Source: Sphingorhabdus sp. EL138
Lineage (GTDB): Bacteria > Pseudomonadota > Alphaproteobacteria > Sphingomonadales > Sphingomonadaceae
Assembly: GCF_945862485.1 (NCBI RefSeq)
Contig: NZ_CAMAYF010000001.1
Coordinates: 25,401 to 89,400 of the forward strand
Length of the DNA stretch: 64,000 bases
Reading direction: 5' to 3'
In this document: piece by piece, positions 1-10,207 of the stretch
Numbering within the stretch: the first letter of the stretch is position 1
Layout: each line of letters starts with the position of its first letter
Translations under genes and position numbers: made by a program
The notes under the pieces: model-generated
Told to the model about the DNA's origin: nothing
Databases searched by the model: none
Seen by the model: only the letters and a program-made list of their open reading frames with translations

Positions 1-1
1 G

Positions 2-130
2 GACGAAGCGTTTTTTGCAGGCACTAAAGTGCAATCCAATTTCATTTGCACCTTGGGCTATGGCGACAAGGCGAGCATTTTCGAACGCAGCCCCAGGCCA
101 GCGTTCGACCGCTTTAACAGCATCCTCTAA
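2..130 (+). CDS. C-terminal fragment of a nitroreductase-family protein (RutE/YdjA-like); 5' end lies outside the window
   Basis: Frame 2 is open from the window edge to TAA 128-130. It reads [42 protein letters not shown], which resembles the conserved C-terminus of this family. It is absent from the ORF track because it has no start. Confidence 0.45.
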   Translation, partial: DEAFFAGTKVQSNFICTLGYGDKASIFERSPRPAFDRFNSIL

Positions 131-151
131 TCAAGCGGCCAACGCGCTGTC

Positions 152-760
152 ATGCGGACATTGGTCATCGATACCGCGACGCAGGTCTGCTCGGTCGCTT
201 TGTGTAATGATGAGCATGTTATCGCCGCAGCGCATGAAGTCATTGGCCGCGGCCATGCCGAACGTTTGCTTCCCCTGATCGCTGCCTTGCCCGGCAAGGG
301 CAAAGCGGACCAGATCATGGTCAATGTCGGACCGGGCAGCTTTACGGGTATTCGGGTCGGCGTGGCCGCCGCAAAGGCTTTGGGTCTAGCTTGGCACATT
401 AATGTACATGGTTATGGCTGCCTCGCTTTGGTGGCGGCCATGGGGCGTTCCCAGTTGGCGGAGCCTGCGCCTGTAGACGTCGTCATGACGGGCGGCCATG
501 GCGAGTATTTCTTTGAGGCATTTGATGCGCAGGGGCATTCGCGTGCGCCTGTGCGCTCCGTTCTGCCCGCCGATCTACCCAGCCTTGCCAAGGCAACTAT
601 TGTGGCAGGCGATATTGATCCCCAACGTGCCGACCGTCATTGGCTGGAGCTGTTACCTGATGCGCGCCATTGGACGCATTTGCGGGACAACTATCCGCTT
701 GCGGCAACGCCCATCTACGGCAGAGCGCCAGACGCAAAGCCCGCAACCTTCGCCAAATGA
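152..760 (+). CDS. tsaB: tRNA threonylcarbamoyladenosine biosynthesis protein TsaB (YeaZ)
   Basis: N-terminus MRTLVIDTATQVCSVAL...VNVGPGSFTGIRVGVAAAKAL is typical of TsaB. It is followed by rimI with an ATGA overlap, the conserved tsaB-rimI pairing. Confidence 0.9.
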   Translation: MRTLVIDTATQVCSVALCNDEHVIAAAHEVIGRGHAERLLPLIAALPGKGKADQIMVNVGPGSFTGIRVGVAAAKALGLAWHINVHGYGCLALVAAMGRSQLAEPAPVDVVMTGGHGEYFFEAFDAQGHSRAPVRSVLPADLPSLAKATIVAGDIDPQRADRHWLELLPDARHWTHLRDNYPLAATPIYGRAPDAKPATFAK

Positions 761-1212
761 TTCGGGTCGTTGAAGGTGATGCCGGAGACATTTCGGCCAT
801 GATGACGATCATGAATGACGCCTTCGACCCCAGATTTGGTGAAGCATGGACCGCGGCACAATGTCTATCCACATTAGTGATGCCCGATTGCCAGTTATTG
901 CTGGCCAAGGATGGTGATGGCGTCTGCGGCTTTGCCATGAACCGCTGGGTATTTGATCATCAAGAATTGTTGATGATTGGCGTTGCCCGGCGACTTCAGG
1001 GACAAAATATCGGAAAGCTTTTATTGTCTGAAACAATCCGCCGGGCCCGCAAGGGAGGACGAAGCAAAATTTTCCTTGAAGTTCGCGACGGCAACAATGC
1101 CCATGGTTTTTATCTTAAATATGGATTTACCCCGATTGGACGTCGGAAAAATTACTATAATAATATCAATGTTATAAGTGTTGATGCAATTACGATGCTT
1201 CTACAATTATGA
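757..1212 (+). CDS. rimI: ribosomal-protein-alanine N-acetyltransferase (GNAT)
   Basis: GNAT acetyl-CoA motif RRLQGQNIGKLLL. I chose the ATG at 757, which overlaps the tsaB stop (ATGA), over the longer track ORF starting at 670 inside tsaB. Confidence 0.85.
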   Translation: MIRVVEGDAGDISAMMTIMNDAFDPRFGEAWTAAQCLSTLVMPDCQLLLAKDGDGVCGFAMNRWVFDHQELLMIGVARRLQGQNIGKLLLSETIRRARKGGRSKIFLEVRDGNNAHGFYLKYGFTPIGRRKNYYNNINVISVDAITMLLQL

Positions 1213-1313
1213 TTTATATTCGGTGTTAAACAATTAGTTGACGATTTAACTTAGATTATCTACCCAATTTTATAAGATTAATTCAATAATCTATTGGGGC
1301 TGGAGTTCATAAA

Positions 1314-1748
1314 ATGTCAGAAGAAAGTAACGGGGTCGCGGAGCTGTTAATCACGTTAACCGCAGATATTGTCGCAGCACATGTAAGCAACAACAGCGTT
1401 GCCGTGGCGGATGTATCCACTTTAATCTCTAATGTGCACGCGGCTCTCTCTGGAATTTCCGGACCCGCTATTAAGGTAGAAACAGCTTTGGAACCCGCCG
1501 TTCCAATCCGTAATTCTGTAAAGCGTGATTTCATCGTCTGTCTGGACGATGGTAAGAAGCTCAAAATGCTCAAGCGTCACCTTATGACGCATTATGGCAT
1601 GACACCCGAAGATTATCGCACCAAGTGGGGATTGCCCGCCGATTATCCGATGGTCGCCCCTGCTTATGCGGAACAGCGCCGCGAATTGGCCAAAGCGATT
1701 GGCCTTGGACGCGCGCCGGGTTCGGGCCGCAAGAAGAAAGTGAAATAA
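1314..1748 (+). CDS. mucR: MucR/Ros family transcriptional regulator
   Basis: Ros/MucR zinc-finger region [45 protein letters not shown]. An AT-rich leader lies upstream. Confidence 0.88.
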   Translation: MSEESNGVAELLITLTADIVAAHVSNNSVAVADVSTLISNVHAALSGISGPAIKVETALEPAVPIRNSVKRDFIVCLDDGKKLKMLKRHLMTHYGMTPEDYRTKWGLPADYPMVAPAYAEQRRELAKAIGLGRAPGSGRKKKVK

Positions 1749-1775
1749 GCGTTTCGCTTACCTGCAAGAACATAA

Positions 1776-1801
1776 GGCCGGGACACCCCGGCCTTTTTCT
1801 T
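1776..1801 (+). terminator. Rho-independent terminator after mucR
   Basis: GGCCGGG-acac-CCCGGCC hairpin followed by TTTTTCTTT. Confidence 0.7.
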
Positions 1802-1825
1802 TGACGAATCACGGGGCGGCACTAA

Positions 1826-2260
1826 ATGTCTTTTTCAATGGATATCAAAATTGACATTGAAGCGCTCTGCAACGAGCGCGGCTTGCGCATAACCGATCAA
1901 CGGCGGGTCATCGCACGCGTCATTTCCGATGCGACCGACCATCCTGATGTGGAGGAGCTTTACCGCCGTTCGTCGGCCATTGATCCCAAAATATCGATTG
2001 CCACCGTATATCGAACTGTTCGCTTGTTTGAAGAAGCTGGCATATTGGACCGGCATGATTTCGGCGATGGCCGCGCCCGCTATGAGGCATCGCCCGAGGC
2101 GCATCACGACCATTTGATTGACGTCGAAACCGGCAAGGTCGTCGAATTTGTCGACCCAGAGCTTGAGGCATTGCAGAAAATCATCGCGGAACGCCTTGGC
2201 TATCGTTTGGTCGACCATCGTATGGAGCTTTATGGCGTCGCCATCGACCGCAAGGATTGA
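1826..2260 (+). CDS. fur: Fur family transcriptional regulator
   Basis: Winged-helix segment ISIATVYRTVRLFEEAGIL and metal site EAHHDHLIDVETGKVVEF. Confidence 0.85.
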   Translation: MSFSMDIKIDIEALCNERGLRITDQRRVIARVISDATDHPDVEELYRRSSAIDPKISIATVYRTVRLFEEAGILDRHDFGDGRARYEASPEAHHDHLIDVETGKVVEFVDPELEALQKIIAERLGYRLVDHRMELYGVAIDRKD

Positions 2261-2321
2261 ACGACGCAACCCGGCGGCTTTTGTCACAGGGCAGTTCTTG
2301 TTTTTGACACGGCTGTTGCTG

Positions 2322-3032
2322 ATGGCAGCAAGCTTGTCCTTAAGCCTGCTATTGCATAATCTCTGGCGGATTATTCGCAGACCTTCGCCTTGGCCCCGCT
2401 TGTTTTTACTCTCGATCAGCTGGACCAGCGGCATTGCGACCGCAACTAAGGGCACCAGGATACGCAATAATGTGTTCTATGCCGCAAACCACCATAGTTG
2501 GATCGACATTCCCGTCATGTCTGGCGTTACAGGCTGCACTTTTGTGGCCAATGACGGCATCGAAAGCTGGCCGCTGATTGGCTGGCTGTGCAAAATCAAC
2601 AACACCATCTTCGTCAATCGCGAAAATCGTGCCAGCGTCGGCAATCAAGTCGATGATTTGCGCGCGGCCATGACGGGCGACCAACCCGTGACCATCTTTC
2701 CGGAAGGCACGACGCATGATGGATCGGGCCTGTTGCCATTCAAACCGTCTTTGTTCGCCGCTTTGGTTCCGCCGCCAGCCGGAATGCTCGTGCAGCCTGT
2801 CTACCTCAGTTATGGCCACCACACGCCGCGCGTAGCCTGGGTTGGCGACGAAAAAGTGACCGAGAATTTCTGGCGCCTTTTGTCGTATCTCACACCGATC
2901 ACCGCGACCCTGCATTTTCTCGAGCCATTTGATCCGCTGCATTATCCGGACCGTAAAGCGATTTCTGCCGAAGTGCGGGCGCGTATTGGCGCTGCGATGG
3001 AGGGTGGCGGCAATGCGGCGCGCCTTGTATAG
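2322..3032 (+). CDS. 1-acyl-sn-glycerol-3-phosphate acyltransferase family (PlsC-like)
   Basis: Acyltransferase motifs NHHSWIDIPV (HxxxxD) and FPEGTTHDG. The track ORF starts at 2118 inside fur, so I chose the first ATG after the fur stop; a non-ATG start slightly upstream is possible. Confidence 0.75.
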   Translation: MAASLSLSLLLHNLWRIIRRPSPWPRLFLLSISWTSGIATATKGTRIRNNVFYAANHHSWIDIPVMSGVTGCTFVANDGIESWPLIGWLCKINNTIFVNRENRASVGNQVDDLRAAMTGDQPVTIFPEGTTHDGSGLLPFKPSLFAALVPPPAGMLVQPVYLSYGHHTPRVAWVGDEKVTENFWRLLSYLTPITATLHFLEPFDPLHYPDRKAISAEVRARIGAAMEGGGNAARLV

Positions 3033-3041
3033 GCGCGCATT

Positions 3042-4376
3042 ATGAGCATGGATTCCCCAAAAACCTATTCGATCAAAAATTACGGCTGTCAGATGAACGT
3101 CTATGATGGCGAGCGCATGGCCGAGATGTTCGAAAGCAAGGGCATGTCGCCGGCCGATGACAAGGCGAATGCCGATCTTGTCGTTCTTAATACCTGCCAT
3201 ATCCGAGAAAAAGCAGCGGAGAAGGTCTATTCCGAAATCGGCCGTCTGCGCCGCAAGGACGGGACGAGCCCCATCATCGCCGTCGCAGGCTGCGTCGCGC
3301 AGGCCGAAGGCGGCGAGATCAGCCGCCGCGCTCCCGAAGTCGACATCGTTGTTGGCCCACAAGCCTATCACAACCTGCCCAAAATGGTTGCAGCGGTTGG
3401 ACGCGGCGAGCGTGTGGTTGACCTCGATCTGCCCGGACTCGATAAGTTTGGTAAGCTTCCCGCCCGCCGCAAACAGCCGCCATCGGCGTTTCTGACGGTG
3501 CAAGAAGGTTGCGACAAATTCTGCACTTATTGCGTCGTGCCCTACACCAGAGGTGCGGAAATTTCGCGCGGCTGGGCTGAGCTGATTGATGAAGCAAAGG
3601 CAATAGTCGATGCTGGCGCGCGCGAAATCACTTTGCTTGGCCAGAATGTCAACGCATGGGATGGTGAAGATGACAAGGGCACGCTTCAGGGCCTAGACGG
3701 CCTCATCCGCGCCCTCGACAAGATACCCGAGCTTCGCCGCATCCGGTACATGACCAGCCACCCAAACGACATGACCGAAGGGCTAATTGCCGCGCATGGT
3801 GATGTTGAAAAACTGATGCCGTTCCTGCATCTGCCCGTTCAATCTGGTTCAGACCGCATTTTAAAGGCGATGAACCGCAGCCACAGCCGTGACAGCTATA
3901 TGCGTATCCTTGACCGCGTGCGCGCTGTCCGGCCTGACATCGCCTTTTCTGGCGACTTCATCGTCGGCTTTCCTGGCGAAAGCGATGCCGATTTTGAGGA
4001 CACATTAGGTCTCGTGCGCGAAGTCGGCCATGCACAAGCTTATTCCTTCAAATATAGCCCACGCCCCGGTACACCCGCAGCCGATATGTCCGACCAAATA
4101 CCTATGGAAATCATGGACGAAAGGCTGCAACGGCTTCAGGCGCAGATCGTTGCGGACCAGACGGCGTTTAACGATCGCACCGTGGGACGCACCACCGATG
4201 TCCTGTTGGAACGGCCCGGAAAATTTGAGGGGCAATTAATTGGCAAATCACCATGGCTCCAATCGGTTCATGTGCTTGCGCCAGACCTTTCAATAGGCGA
4301 TATCGTTACCGTTAAGATAACCGATTCTGGACCGCTTAGCCTGAAAGGTGAACCAACGATGAGAGCAGCAGCCTGA
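3042..4376 (+). CDS. miaB: tRNA-2-methylthio-N6-dimethylallyladenosine synthase
   Basis: N-terminal [10 protein letters not shown], radical-SAM [11 protein letters not shown] and a TRAM-like C-terminus. Confidence 0.95.
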   Translation: MSMDSPKTYSIKNYGCQMNVYDGERMAEMFESKGMSPADDKANADLVVLNTCHIREKAAEKVYSEIGRLRRKDGTSPIIAVAGCVAQAEGGEISRRAPEVDIVVGPQAYHNLPKMVAAVGRGERVVDLDLPGLDKFGKLPARRKQPPSAFLTVQEGCDKFCTYCVVPYTRGAEISRGWAELIDEAKAIVDAGAREITLLGQNVNAWDGEDDKGTLQGLDGLIRALDKIPELRRIRYMTSHPNDMTEGLIAAHGDVEKLMPFLHLPVQSGSDRILKAMNRSHSRDSYMRILDRVRAVRPDIAFSGDFIVGFPGESDADFEDTLGLVREVGHAQAYSFKYSPRPGTPAADMSDQIPMEIMDERLQRLQAQIVADQTAFNDRTVGRTTDVLLERPGKFEGQLIGKSPWLQSVHVLAPDLSIGDIVTVKITDSGPLSLKGEPTMRAAA

Positions 4377-5372
4377 ATGGCCAAAAAAGCCCAAGCGCAA
4401 GCCGGTGACTTGTCCCGGCTGGAGATGAGTTTCGACAAACCGCATCTGATTAACGCGGTTTTTGGCGAATTTGACCGCAATCTAGTTACGATTGAGAACC
4501 GCCTCGGGGTTTATATCTCTGCCCGCGGAAATCGCGTCCAAATTGAAGGCGAAGCTGGTGCCATTGGCCGGGCGCGTGATGTTCTCAACGACATTTACTC
4601 CCGCCTGTCGCGTGGACAAGATATGGACACCGAAGCTGTACAAGCTATCATCGCCATGACCGCTGAACCCACTTTAGAGGGCATCGTCCGCAAAGACGCG
4701 ACCGACGCTCCGGGTATCATGATCCGCACGCGCAAGAAGACATTGGTGCCGCGTTCGGCCACACAAATACCCTATATGGAGGCATTGGCCCGCGACGAGA
4801 TTATCTTCGCACTTGGTCCAGCAGGCACCGGAAAAACCTATTTGGCGGTGGCGCAGGCCGTAGCGATGTTGATTACTGGTGCGGTGCAGCGGCTGATCCT
4901 CTCCCGTCCCGCGGTTGAGGCGGGTGAGCGGCTGGGTTTCCTGCCCGGAGATATGAAGGAAAAGGTCGATCCCTATCTGCGGCCGATTTACGATGCCTTG
5001 TATGACTGCTTGCCAGCCGAACAGGTCGAGCGACGGATTGCCTCTGGCGAGATCGAAATTGCCCCCATCGCGTTCATGCGCGGGCGTACTTTGGCCGACG
5101 CCTTCATCATTTTGGATGAGGCGCAGAATACCACAGCGGCACAGATGAAGATGTTTCTGACCCGTTTTGGTATGAACAGCCGCATGGTCATTTGCGGTGA
5201 CCCGCATCAGGTCGATATCCCCGGCGGTGAACGCATGTCGGGCTTGAATGATGCGGTGCAGCGCCTTGACGGTGTTGATGGCATAAGAACCATCCGCTTC
5301 AACAGCAGCGACGTCGTGCGTCACCCGCTCGTCGGCAAGATTGTAGACGCCTATGAGGGTGGGCATGATTGA
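4377..5372 (+). CDS. phoH: PhoH family ATPase (YbeZ)
   Basis: Walker A GPAGTGKTYLAV plus the conserved miaB-phoH-ybeY-corC order. Confidence 0.9.
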   Translation: MAKKAQAQAGDLSRLEMSFDKPHLINAVFGEFDRNLVTIENRLGVYISARGNRVQIEGEAGAIGRARDVLNDIYSRLSRGQDMDTEAVQAIIAMTAEPTLEGIVRKDATDAPGIMIRTRKKTLVPRSATQIPYMEALARDEIIFALGPAGTGKTYLAVAQAVAMLITGAVQRLILSRPAVEAGERLGFLPGDMKEKVDPYLRPIYDALYDCLPAEQVERRIASGEIEIAPIAFMRGRTLADAFIILDEAQNTTAAQMKMFLTRFGMNSRMVICGDPHQVDIPGGERMSGLNDAVQRLDGVDGIRTIRFNSSDVVRHPLVGKIVDAYEGGHD

Positions 5373-5883
5373 TGTCGAACTCGACATTGGCGTAGTTTGG
5401 GGCAATAAAGATTTCGGGCAGCGCGAAGTTGAAAAGGCCGTCGATGCCGCCGTCCGCTTTGCAACCATTCCTGAACTAGCTGATCCCGTTGTTCCCGTCA
5501 GTGTCAGCATCAAGCTTTCGGACAATGCGGAAGTCCATGCGCTCAACAAACAATGGCGCGACAAGGACAAGCCAACGAACGTGCTGTCCTTTCCGATGCT
5601 GGATGATGAGGAATTAGACGCGTTGATCACCAGCACGTATGATGCCCCTGAAATCATGCTCGGCGACATCATTTTGGCGTATGAAACCTGCGCTGCCGAG
5701 GCGGCAGAAAAAGGCATCTCCATCGCCCATCATGCAACGCATCTGGTCATCCACGGGATGCTCCATTTGCTTGGCCATGACCATATCGAGGAGGACGAAG
5801 CCGAATTGATGGAGGCGCTTGAGGTAAAAGCGCTTGCATCTATGGGCCTTCACAATCCATATAATGACGAAATCGACCATTAA
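5353..5883 (+). CDS. ybeY: rRNA maturation endoribonuclease YbeY
   Basis: Metal-binding motif HGMLHLLGHDH. The start could instead be the ATG at 5365. Confidence 0.9.
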   Translation: MRVGMIDVELDIGVVWGNKDFGQREVEKAVDAAVRFATIPELADPVVPVSVSIKLSDNAEVHALNKQWRDKDKPTNVLSFPMLDDEELDALITSTYDAPEIMLGDIILAYETCAAEAAEKGISIAHHATHLVIHGMLHLLGHDHIEEDEAELMEALEVKALASMGLHNPYNDEIDH

Positions 5884-5903
5884 GAGGCCAGTACGCGTCC
5901 ATT

Positions 5904-6842
5904 ATGCCTGAGGGTGACAGTTTTAGCGGTTCGAAAACCGCAACCGACGACGATAACGACGGACGATTATGGCAGCGGCTGAAGAATATCTTCTTTGGCC
6001 GCGACCACGGGCCGACCTTACGCGAGCAGCTTGAAGAAGCGATCGCCGAGCATGAGGAAGATAGCGACGACAACGGACAATCGGACGCGGATGGCGACTT
6101 GACCGCCGTTGAGCGCACCATGTTGCGCAATTTGCTCCATTTTAGCGAGCACCGCGTTGACGACGTCATGGTCCCGCGTAGCGACATTATCGCGATTGAA
6201 GAAAGCGCTGGCTTTGCCGATTGCATCGCCGCCTTTGCCGAACATGGCCACAGCCGCCTGCCCGTCTACCGCGAAACGTTGGATAGCGTCATCGGCATGA
6301 TCCATATAAAGGATGTATTCGCTGTTCTGGCCTCAGATCAGGACCGTCCCGACAGCCTTGAATCTTTCATTCGCCAACCGCGGTTCGTGCCGCAAAATAT
6401 GAGCGTACTTGCGCTGCTCGACGAAATGCGCCGCACCCGCACACATTTGGCCATCGTATTGGATGAGTATTCGGGCACCGAGGGCTTGGTCACGATTGAG
6501 GATTTGGTCGAAGAAATCGTCGGCGAAATCGAAGACGAACATGACGACGAACCCGAATTGCTATTCTCGCAAATAGCGCCCGATATGTGGGAAGCTGATG
6601 CCCGCGCTGAACTCGACGATCTAGCCGATGCCATTGATCCGAATCTGGCGGAAGTGGATGAAGACGTCGATACGCTTGGCGGCCTCGCCTTCGTCATTGC
6701 CGGTCAAGTCCCCGATATCGGCCAAACGCTGGTGCATGCGGCCAGTGGTTGGACTTTGGAAATAATGGAAGGCGACGAAAAACGTGTGACCCGAATCCGG
6801 CTCTACGCCCCTGCGTCCGACCGACCCGACGCCAGCGAATAG
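5904..6842 (+). CDS. CBS-domain hemolysin/CorC family protein (magnesium/cobalt efflux-associated)
   Basis: CBS pair followed by a CorC_HlyC-like C-terminus, in the canonical position after ybeY. The N-terminus is acidic. Confidence 0.85.
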   Translation: MPEGDSFSGSKTATDDDNDGRLWQRLKNIFFGRDHGPTLREQLEEAIAEHEEDSDDNGQSDADGDLTAVERTMLRNLLHFSEHRVDDVMVPRSDIIAIEESAGFADCIAAFAEHGHSRLPVYRETLDSVIGMIHIKDVFAVLASDQDRPDSLESFIRQPRFVPQNMSVLALLDEMRRTRTHLAIVLDEYSGTEGLVTIEDLVEEIVGEIEDEHDDEPELLFSQIAPDMWEADARAELDDLADAIDPNLAEVDEDVDTLGGLAFVIAGQVPDIGQTLVHAASGWTLEIMEGDEKRVTRIRLYAPASDRPDASE

Positions 6843-6887
6843 GCGTCGCCCAATTTGTATGCGGAGGCGTCCGCTTCCGGCAGAAGG

Positions 6888-7556
6888 TCACCCCGCCAAT
6901 TTTGCGGCCCTTGTTCGCCAGCTTTCCGCCATTGTCTCCAGCGCGGCGAGCGCCCGCAATTCTGACGTGGCACCCGCTGCGCGATGACCGCCGCCAATTA
7001 AAAGATGGAAGGTTCGGGCAATGGTCCAATCATGCCCCGCCGCGTGCACCTGTTCTATCCGGTCGCCGGGTGCTACCTCGCCTTCTTCAATCACGCGGAA
7101 ATAGCCACCGCAACGGCCAGTTTGGATGACTGCGCCTGACAGGCCATGCACACCGAAATGATGATCGAGCTTCCAGCAGGGTTGCCGGCCTTGCGCGACT
7201 TCAACCACTGCGCGTCCGAGGCGAAACTGATCACCGATACGCAGATTGTCCTCCAGAAGCCCGCACGCGCTAATATTCTCACCAAATGCCCCAGCGTGGT
7301 CAAGGAGAGGGTGAACAAAATTCTCCGCAACAAAATGGGCGATCCATTTGGGATAATGTTCCGCAGGATAAAAATGCACCGCTTTGTCTGCGCCGCCATG
7401 CACCGTCGGGTCGGCGACTTGGTCCCCCACAAAGCCATTTTTGCCCAGGAAGACGGATCGGTCCACCGGTGTGCGCGCCATGGCGCTCATCGTGCCATCG
7501 GCGTGAAACGCTTTGGGTTGCCCAATCAGCAACACATCGATCTGACTTGATATCAT
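6888..7556 (-). CDS. MOSC domain-containing protein (YiiM-like)
   Basis: GDQVADPTVHGGADKAVHFYPAEHY and GENISACGL...QPCWKLD are typical of YiiM/MOSC. I chose the start at M25 of the track ORF (MISSQIDVLLIGQP). Confidence 0.8.
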   Translation of the reverse strand: MISSQIDVLLIGQPKAFHADGTMSAMARTPVDRSVFLGKNGFVGDQVADPTVHGGADKAVHFYPAEHYPKWIAHFVAENFVHPLLDHAGAFGENISACGLLEDNLRIGDQFRLGRAVVEVAQGRQPCWKLDHHFGVHGLSGAVIQTGRCGGYFRVIEEGEVAPGDRIEQVHAAGHDWTIARTFHLLIGGGHRAAGATSELRALAALETMAESWRTRAAKLAG

Positions 7557-7627
7557 ATTGGCTGCATATCGCACCAAATACACCATTCCCATTGGCATTT
7601 TGCGCTGTCGCCGATAAAAGCCGACCA

Positions 7628-8794
7628 ATGCAGACCAGCGACCTTCGCATTGCGCTCTTCAGCGGCAATTATAATTATGTCCGTGATGGCGCAAATCAGG
7701 CATTAAATCGGCTTGTCGGCTATCTTTTAGGGCAAGGCGCGTCGGTGCGGATTTATTCCCCAACGGTTGCTGAACCGGCCTTTGTTGCGACCGGCGACGT
7801 CGTTAACGTGCCGTCATTCGCCATACCCTTTCGTCCAGAATATCGCCTGCCTTTATCCTTGTCGGCAAAAGTAAGGCGCGATCTGGAGGCATTCGCCCCC
7901 AATGTCGTCCATATCGCAAGTCCAGACCGTGTCGCGCGTCAGGCTGTCCAATGGGCGCGGCGGCGTAACCTGCCAGTGCTGTCTTCAGTGCACACACGTT
8001 TCGAAACCTATTTTCGATATTATAATATGTCCTTCGCCGAACCGTTGGTGGAGGCATGGCTTCGCCGATTATACCGTCAATGCGACGCGTTGGTCGCACC
8101 ATCCGAGAGCTTTGCCCAGGTTTTGCGCGAGCAACGGATGAATTATGACATCGACATCTGGTCACGCGGTGTTGACCGGGATATTTTCAACTCTGGCCGC
8201 CGGGACCTTGCGTGGCGGCGCGCGCAAGGCGTGACTGACGAGCCCGTCGTCATTGGCTTTCTTGGCCGCTTGGTGATGGAAAAGGGCCTAGACGTTTTTT
8301 CCGACGCGATTGACCAATTGCGCCGCCGCAATGTCCCACATCAGGTCATGGTCATTGGCGAAGGCCCTGCTCGTGGCTGGTTTGAAAGCCGCCTGCCCCA
8401 TGCCCGTTTTGTAGGTTTCCAAGGGGGACAAGATCTGGGCCGCGCAGTGGCCTGCATGGATCTTTTGTTCAACCCAAGCGTCACCGAAACTTTTGGCAAT
8501 GTTACATTGGAGGCTATGGCCTGCGGCCTGCCCGTTGTTGCGGCCAAAGCGACTGGTAGCGAAAGCCTCGTGCAGGACAATGTGTCCGGTCGCTTAATCT
8601 CGCCAGGTGCCATCCAGAAATTTTCCGACGCACTTCAACTCTATTGCACCGATGCCGATTTGCGCACGCAGCACGGCGCGGCTGGCGAGCAACGATCGCT
8701 CGATTTCAGCTGGGATGCGATTAACCAGACTGTCGCCGATACCTATATCCGCCTCATCCGCCAACGTGCTGCGCGTGCGGCGTCAGCGCGTTAA
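7628..8794 (+). CDS. glycosyltransferase family 4 (group 1)
   Basis: C-terminal GT1 signature NPSVTETFGNVTLEAMACGLPVVA. The start is at MQTSDLRIALFSGNY; the 5' part of the track ORF is antisense to the MOSC gene. Confidence 0.8.
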   Translation: MQTSDLRIALFSGNYNYVRDGANQALNRLVGYLLGQGASVRIYSPTVAEPAFVATGDVVNVPSFAIPFRPEYRLPLSLSAKVRRDLEAFAPNVVHIASPDRVARQAVQWARRRNLPVLSSVHTRFETYFRYYNMSFAEPLVEAWLRRLYRQCDALVAPSESFAQVLREQRMNYDIDIWSRGVDRDIFNSGRRDLAWRRAQGVTDEPVVIGFLGRLVMEKGLDVFSDAIDQLRRRNVPHQVMVIGEGPARGWFESRLPHARFVGFQGGQDLGRAVACMDLLFNPSVTETFGNVTLEAMACGLPVVAAKATGSESLVQDNVSGRLISPGAIQKFSDALQLYCTDADLRTQHGAAGEQRSLDFSWDAINQTVADTYIRLIRQRAARAASAR

Positions 8795-8860
8795 AGCTGT
8801 GGCAAGCCGGCGGTCGCGTTCCGGAACCTGTCGGACGCGCCGATGCTTATGTTATGAAGC

Positions 8861-10207
8861 ATGGCGGAACGGGCGTTTGCCGTGAGCGATCTTTTTGGTG
8901 ACACCCCCGTAGTGCCCGCCTCCATACCGGAAAACGCTCCGCTTGCGGACAAGCTTCGCCCGTCCAAATTGGATGAGGTGATTGGTCAGGAACATCTGAC
9001 GGGGCCCGATGGCGCGATTGGCCGTATGGTTGCGGCGGGTAAATTATCCTCGATGATCCTGTGGGGACCGCCGGGCACGGGCAAGACCAGCATCGCCCGA
9101 TTGCTGGCCGACGCCGTGGACATGCATTATAAACCGATTTCGGCGGTTTTCTCAGGCGTGGCGGATCTCAAAAAAGCCTTTGCCGAGGCAGAGGCCATGG
9201 CACGAACGGGCAAGCAGACATTGCTGTTCGTGGACGAAATTCATCGCTTCAACCGCGCACAACAAGACGGATTCCTGCCATTTGTGGAAAGCGGTACGGT
9301 CACGCTCGTCGGTGCAACGACCGAAAATCCGTCGTTCGAGCTGAACGCCGCCTTGCTGTCGCGCACGCAAGTGATGGTGCTGCAACGTTTGAATGAGGCG
9401 GCGTTAGCGACGCTGCTGAGCCGTGCCGAAGCCATATTGGGACGCCCTTTGCCCGTAACCGACGATGCCCGCGTGGCATTGATCAGCAGCGCCGACGGCG
9501 ATGGCCGCTTTTTGCTCAATCAGGCGGAAACTCTGTTCGCCATTCACATTGAAAACCCGCTTGACCCGCAAGCCATGGCGGCCCTGTTGCAGCGCCGGAT
9601 GCCTGTCTATGACAAGGATCGGGAGGGGCATTATAACCTGATATCCGCGCTCCATAAAAGCTTGCGCGGTTCCGACCCACAGGCTGCCTTATATTGGATG
9701 GCGCGTATGTTGGTGGCCGGCGAAGAGCCATTATATGTGCTACGCCGCTTGGTCCGTTTCGCCAGTGAGGATATCGGCCTCGCTGACCCGCAGGCTTTGG
9801 TCCAATGCCTTGCTGCCAAACAGGCCTATGAATTTTTGGGCAGTCCGGAGGGTGAAGTCGCCATTGTGCAGGCATGCCTGTATCTCGCCACCGCACCCAA
9901 ATCGAATGCCGCGTATAAGGCGCAAAAATCAGCATGGAAACTGGCACGGGATACAGGCTCGCTGATGCCACCAGCGCACATTCTCAATGCGCCGACGAAG
10001 CTGATGAAGGACATCGGCTATGGCGCAGGCTATGCTTATGATCATGACAGCGCGGACGGATTTTCGGGCGCGAATTACTGGCCGGATGCGGTAACGCCGG
10101 CCGAGCTGTATCAGCCAGTTGAGCGCGGCTTTGAACGCAAGATCATCGAGCGGCTGCAATATTGGGACCGACTGCGCGCGCGTAATGGCGAGCCGGACAG
10201 GCAATAA
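8861..10207 (+). CDS. rarA: replication-associated recombination protein A (AAA+ ATPase)
   Basis: Walker A GPPGTGKTS, Walker B LLFVDEIHRFN and an MgsA C-terminal domain. Confidence 0.95.
   Translation: MAERAFAVSDLFGDTPVVPASIPENAPLADKLRPSKLDEVIGQEHLTGPDGAIGRMVAAGKLSSMILWGPPGTGKTSIARLLADAVDMHYKPISAVFSGVADLKKAFAEAEAMARTGKQTLLFVDEIHRFNRAQQDGFLPFVESGTVTLVGATTENPSFELNAALLSRTQVMVLQRLNEAALATLLSRAEAILGRPLPVTDDARVALISSADGDGRFLLNQAETLFAIHIENPLDPQAMAALLQRRMPVYDKDREGHYNLISALHKSLRGSDPQAALYWMARMLVAGEEPLYVLRRLVRFASEDIGLADPQALVQCLAAKQAYEFLGSPEGEVAIVQACLYLATAPKSNAAYKAQKSAWKLARDTGSLMPPAHILNAPTKLMKDIGYGAGYAYDHDSADGFSGANYWPDAVTPAELYQPVERGFERKIIERLQYWDRLRARNGEPDRQ

Noticed and set aside
2406-3503. 365-aa minus-strand ORF
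   Set aside because: It lies antisense to the well-supported plsC-like and miaB genes and has Arg/Ala/Gly-rich composition with no recognisable motif. This is typical of a shadow ORF in GC-rich DNA.
4674-5723. 349-aa minus-strand ORF
   Set aside because: It is antisense to phoH and ybeY, which have clear motifs, and its composition is low-complexity and Ser/Ala-rich.
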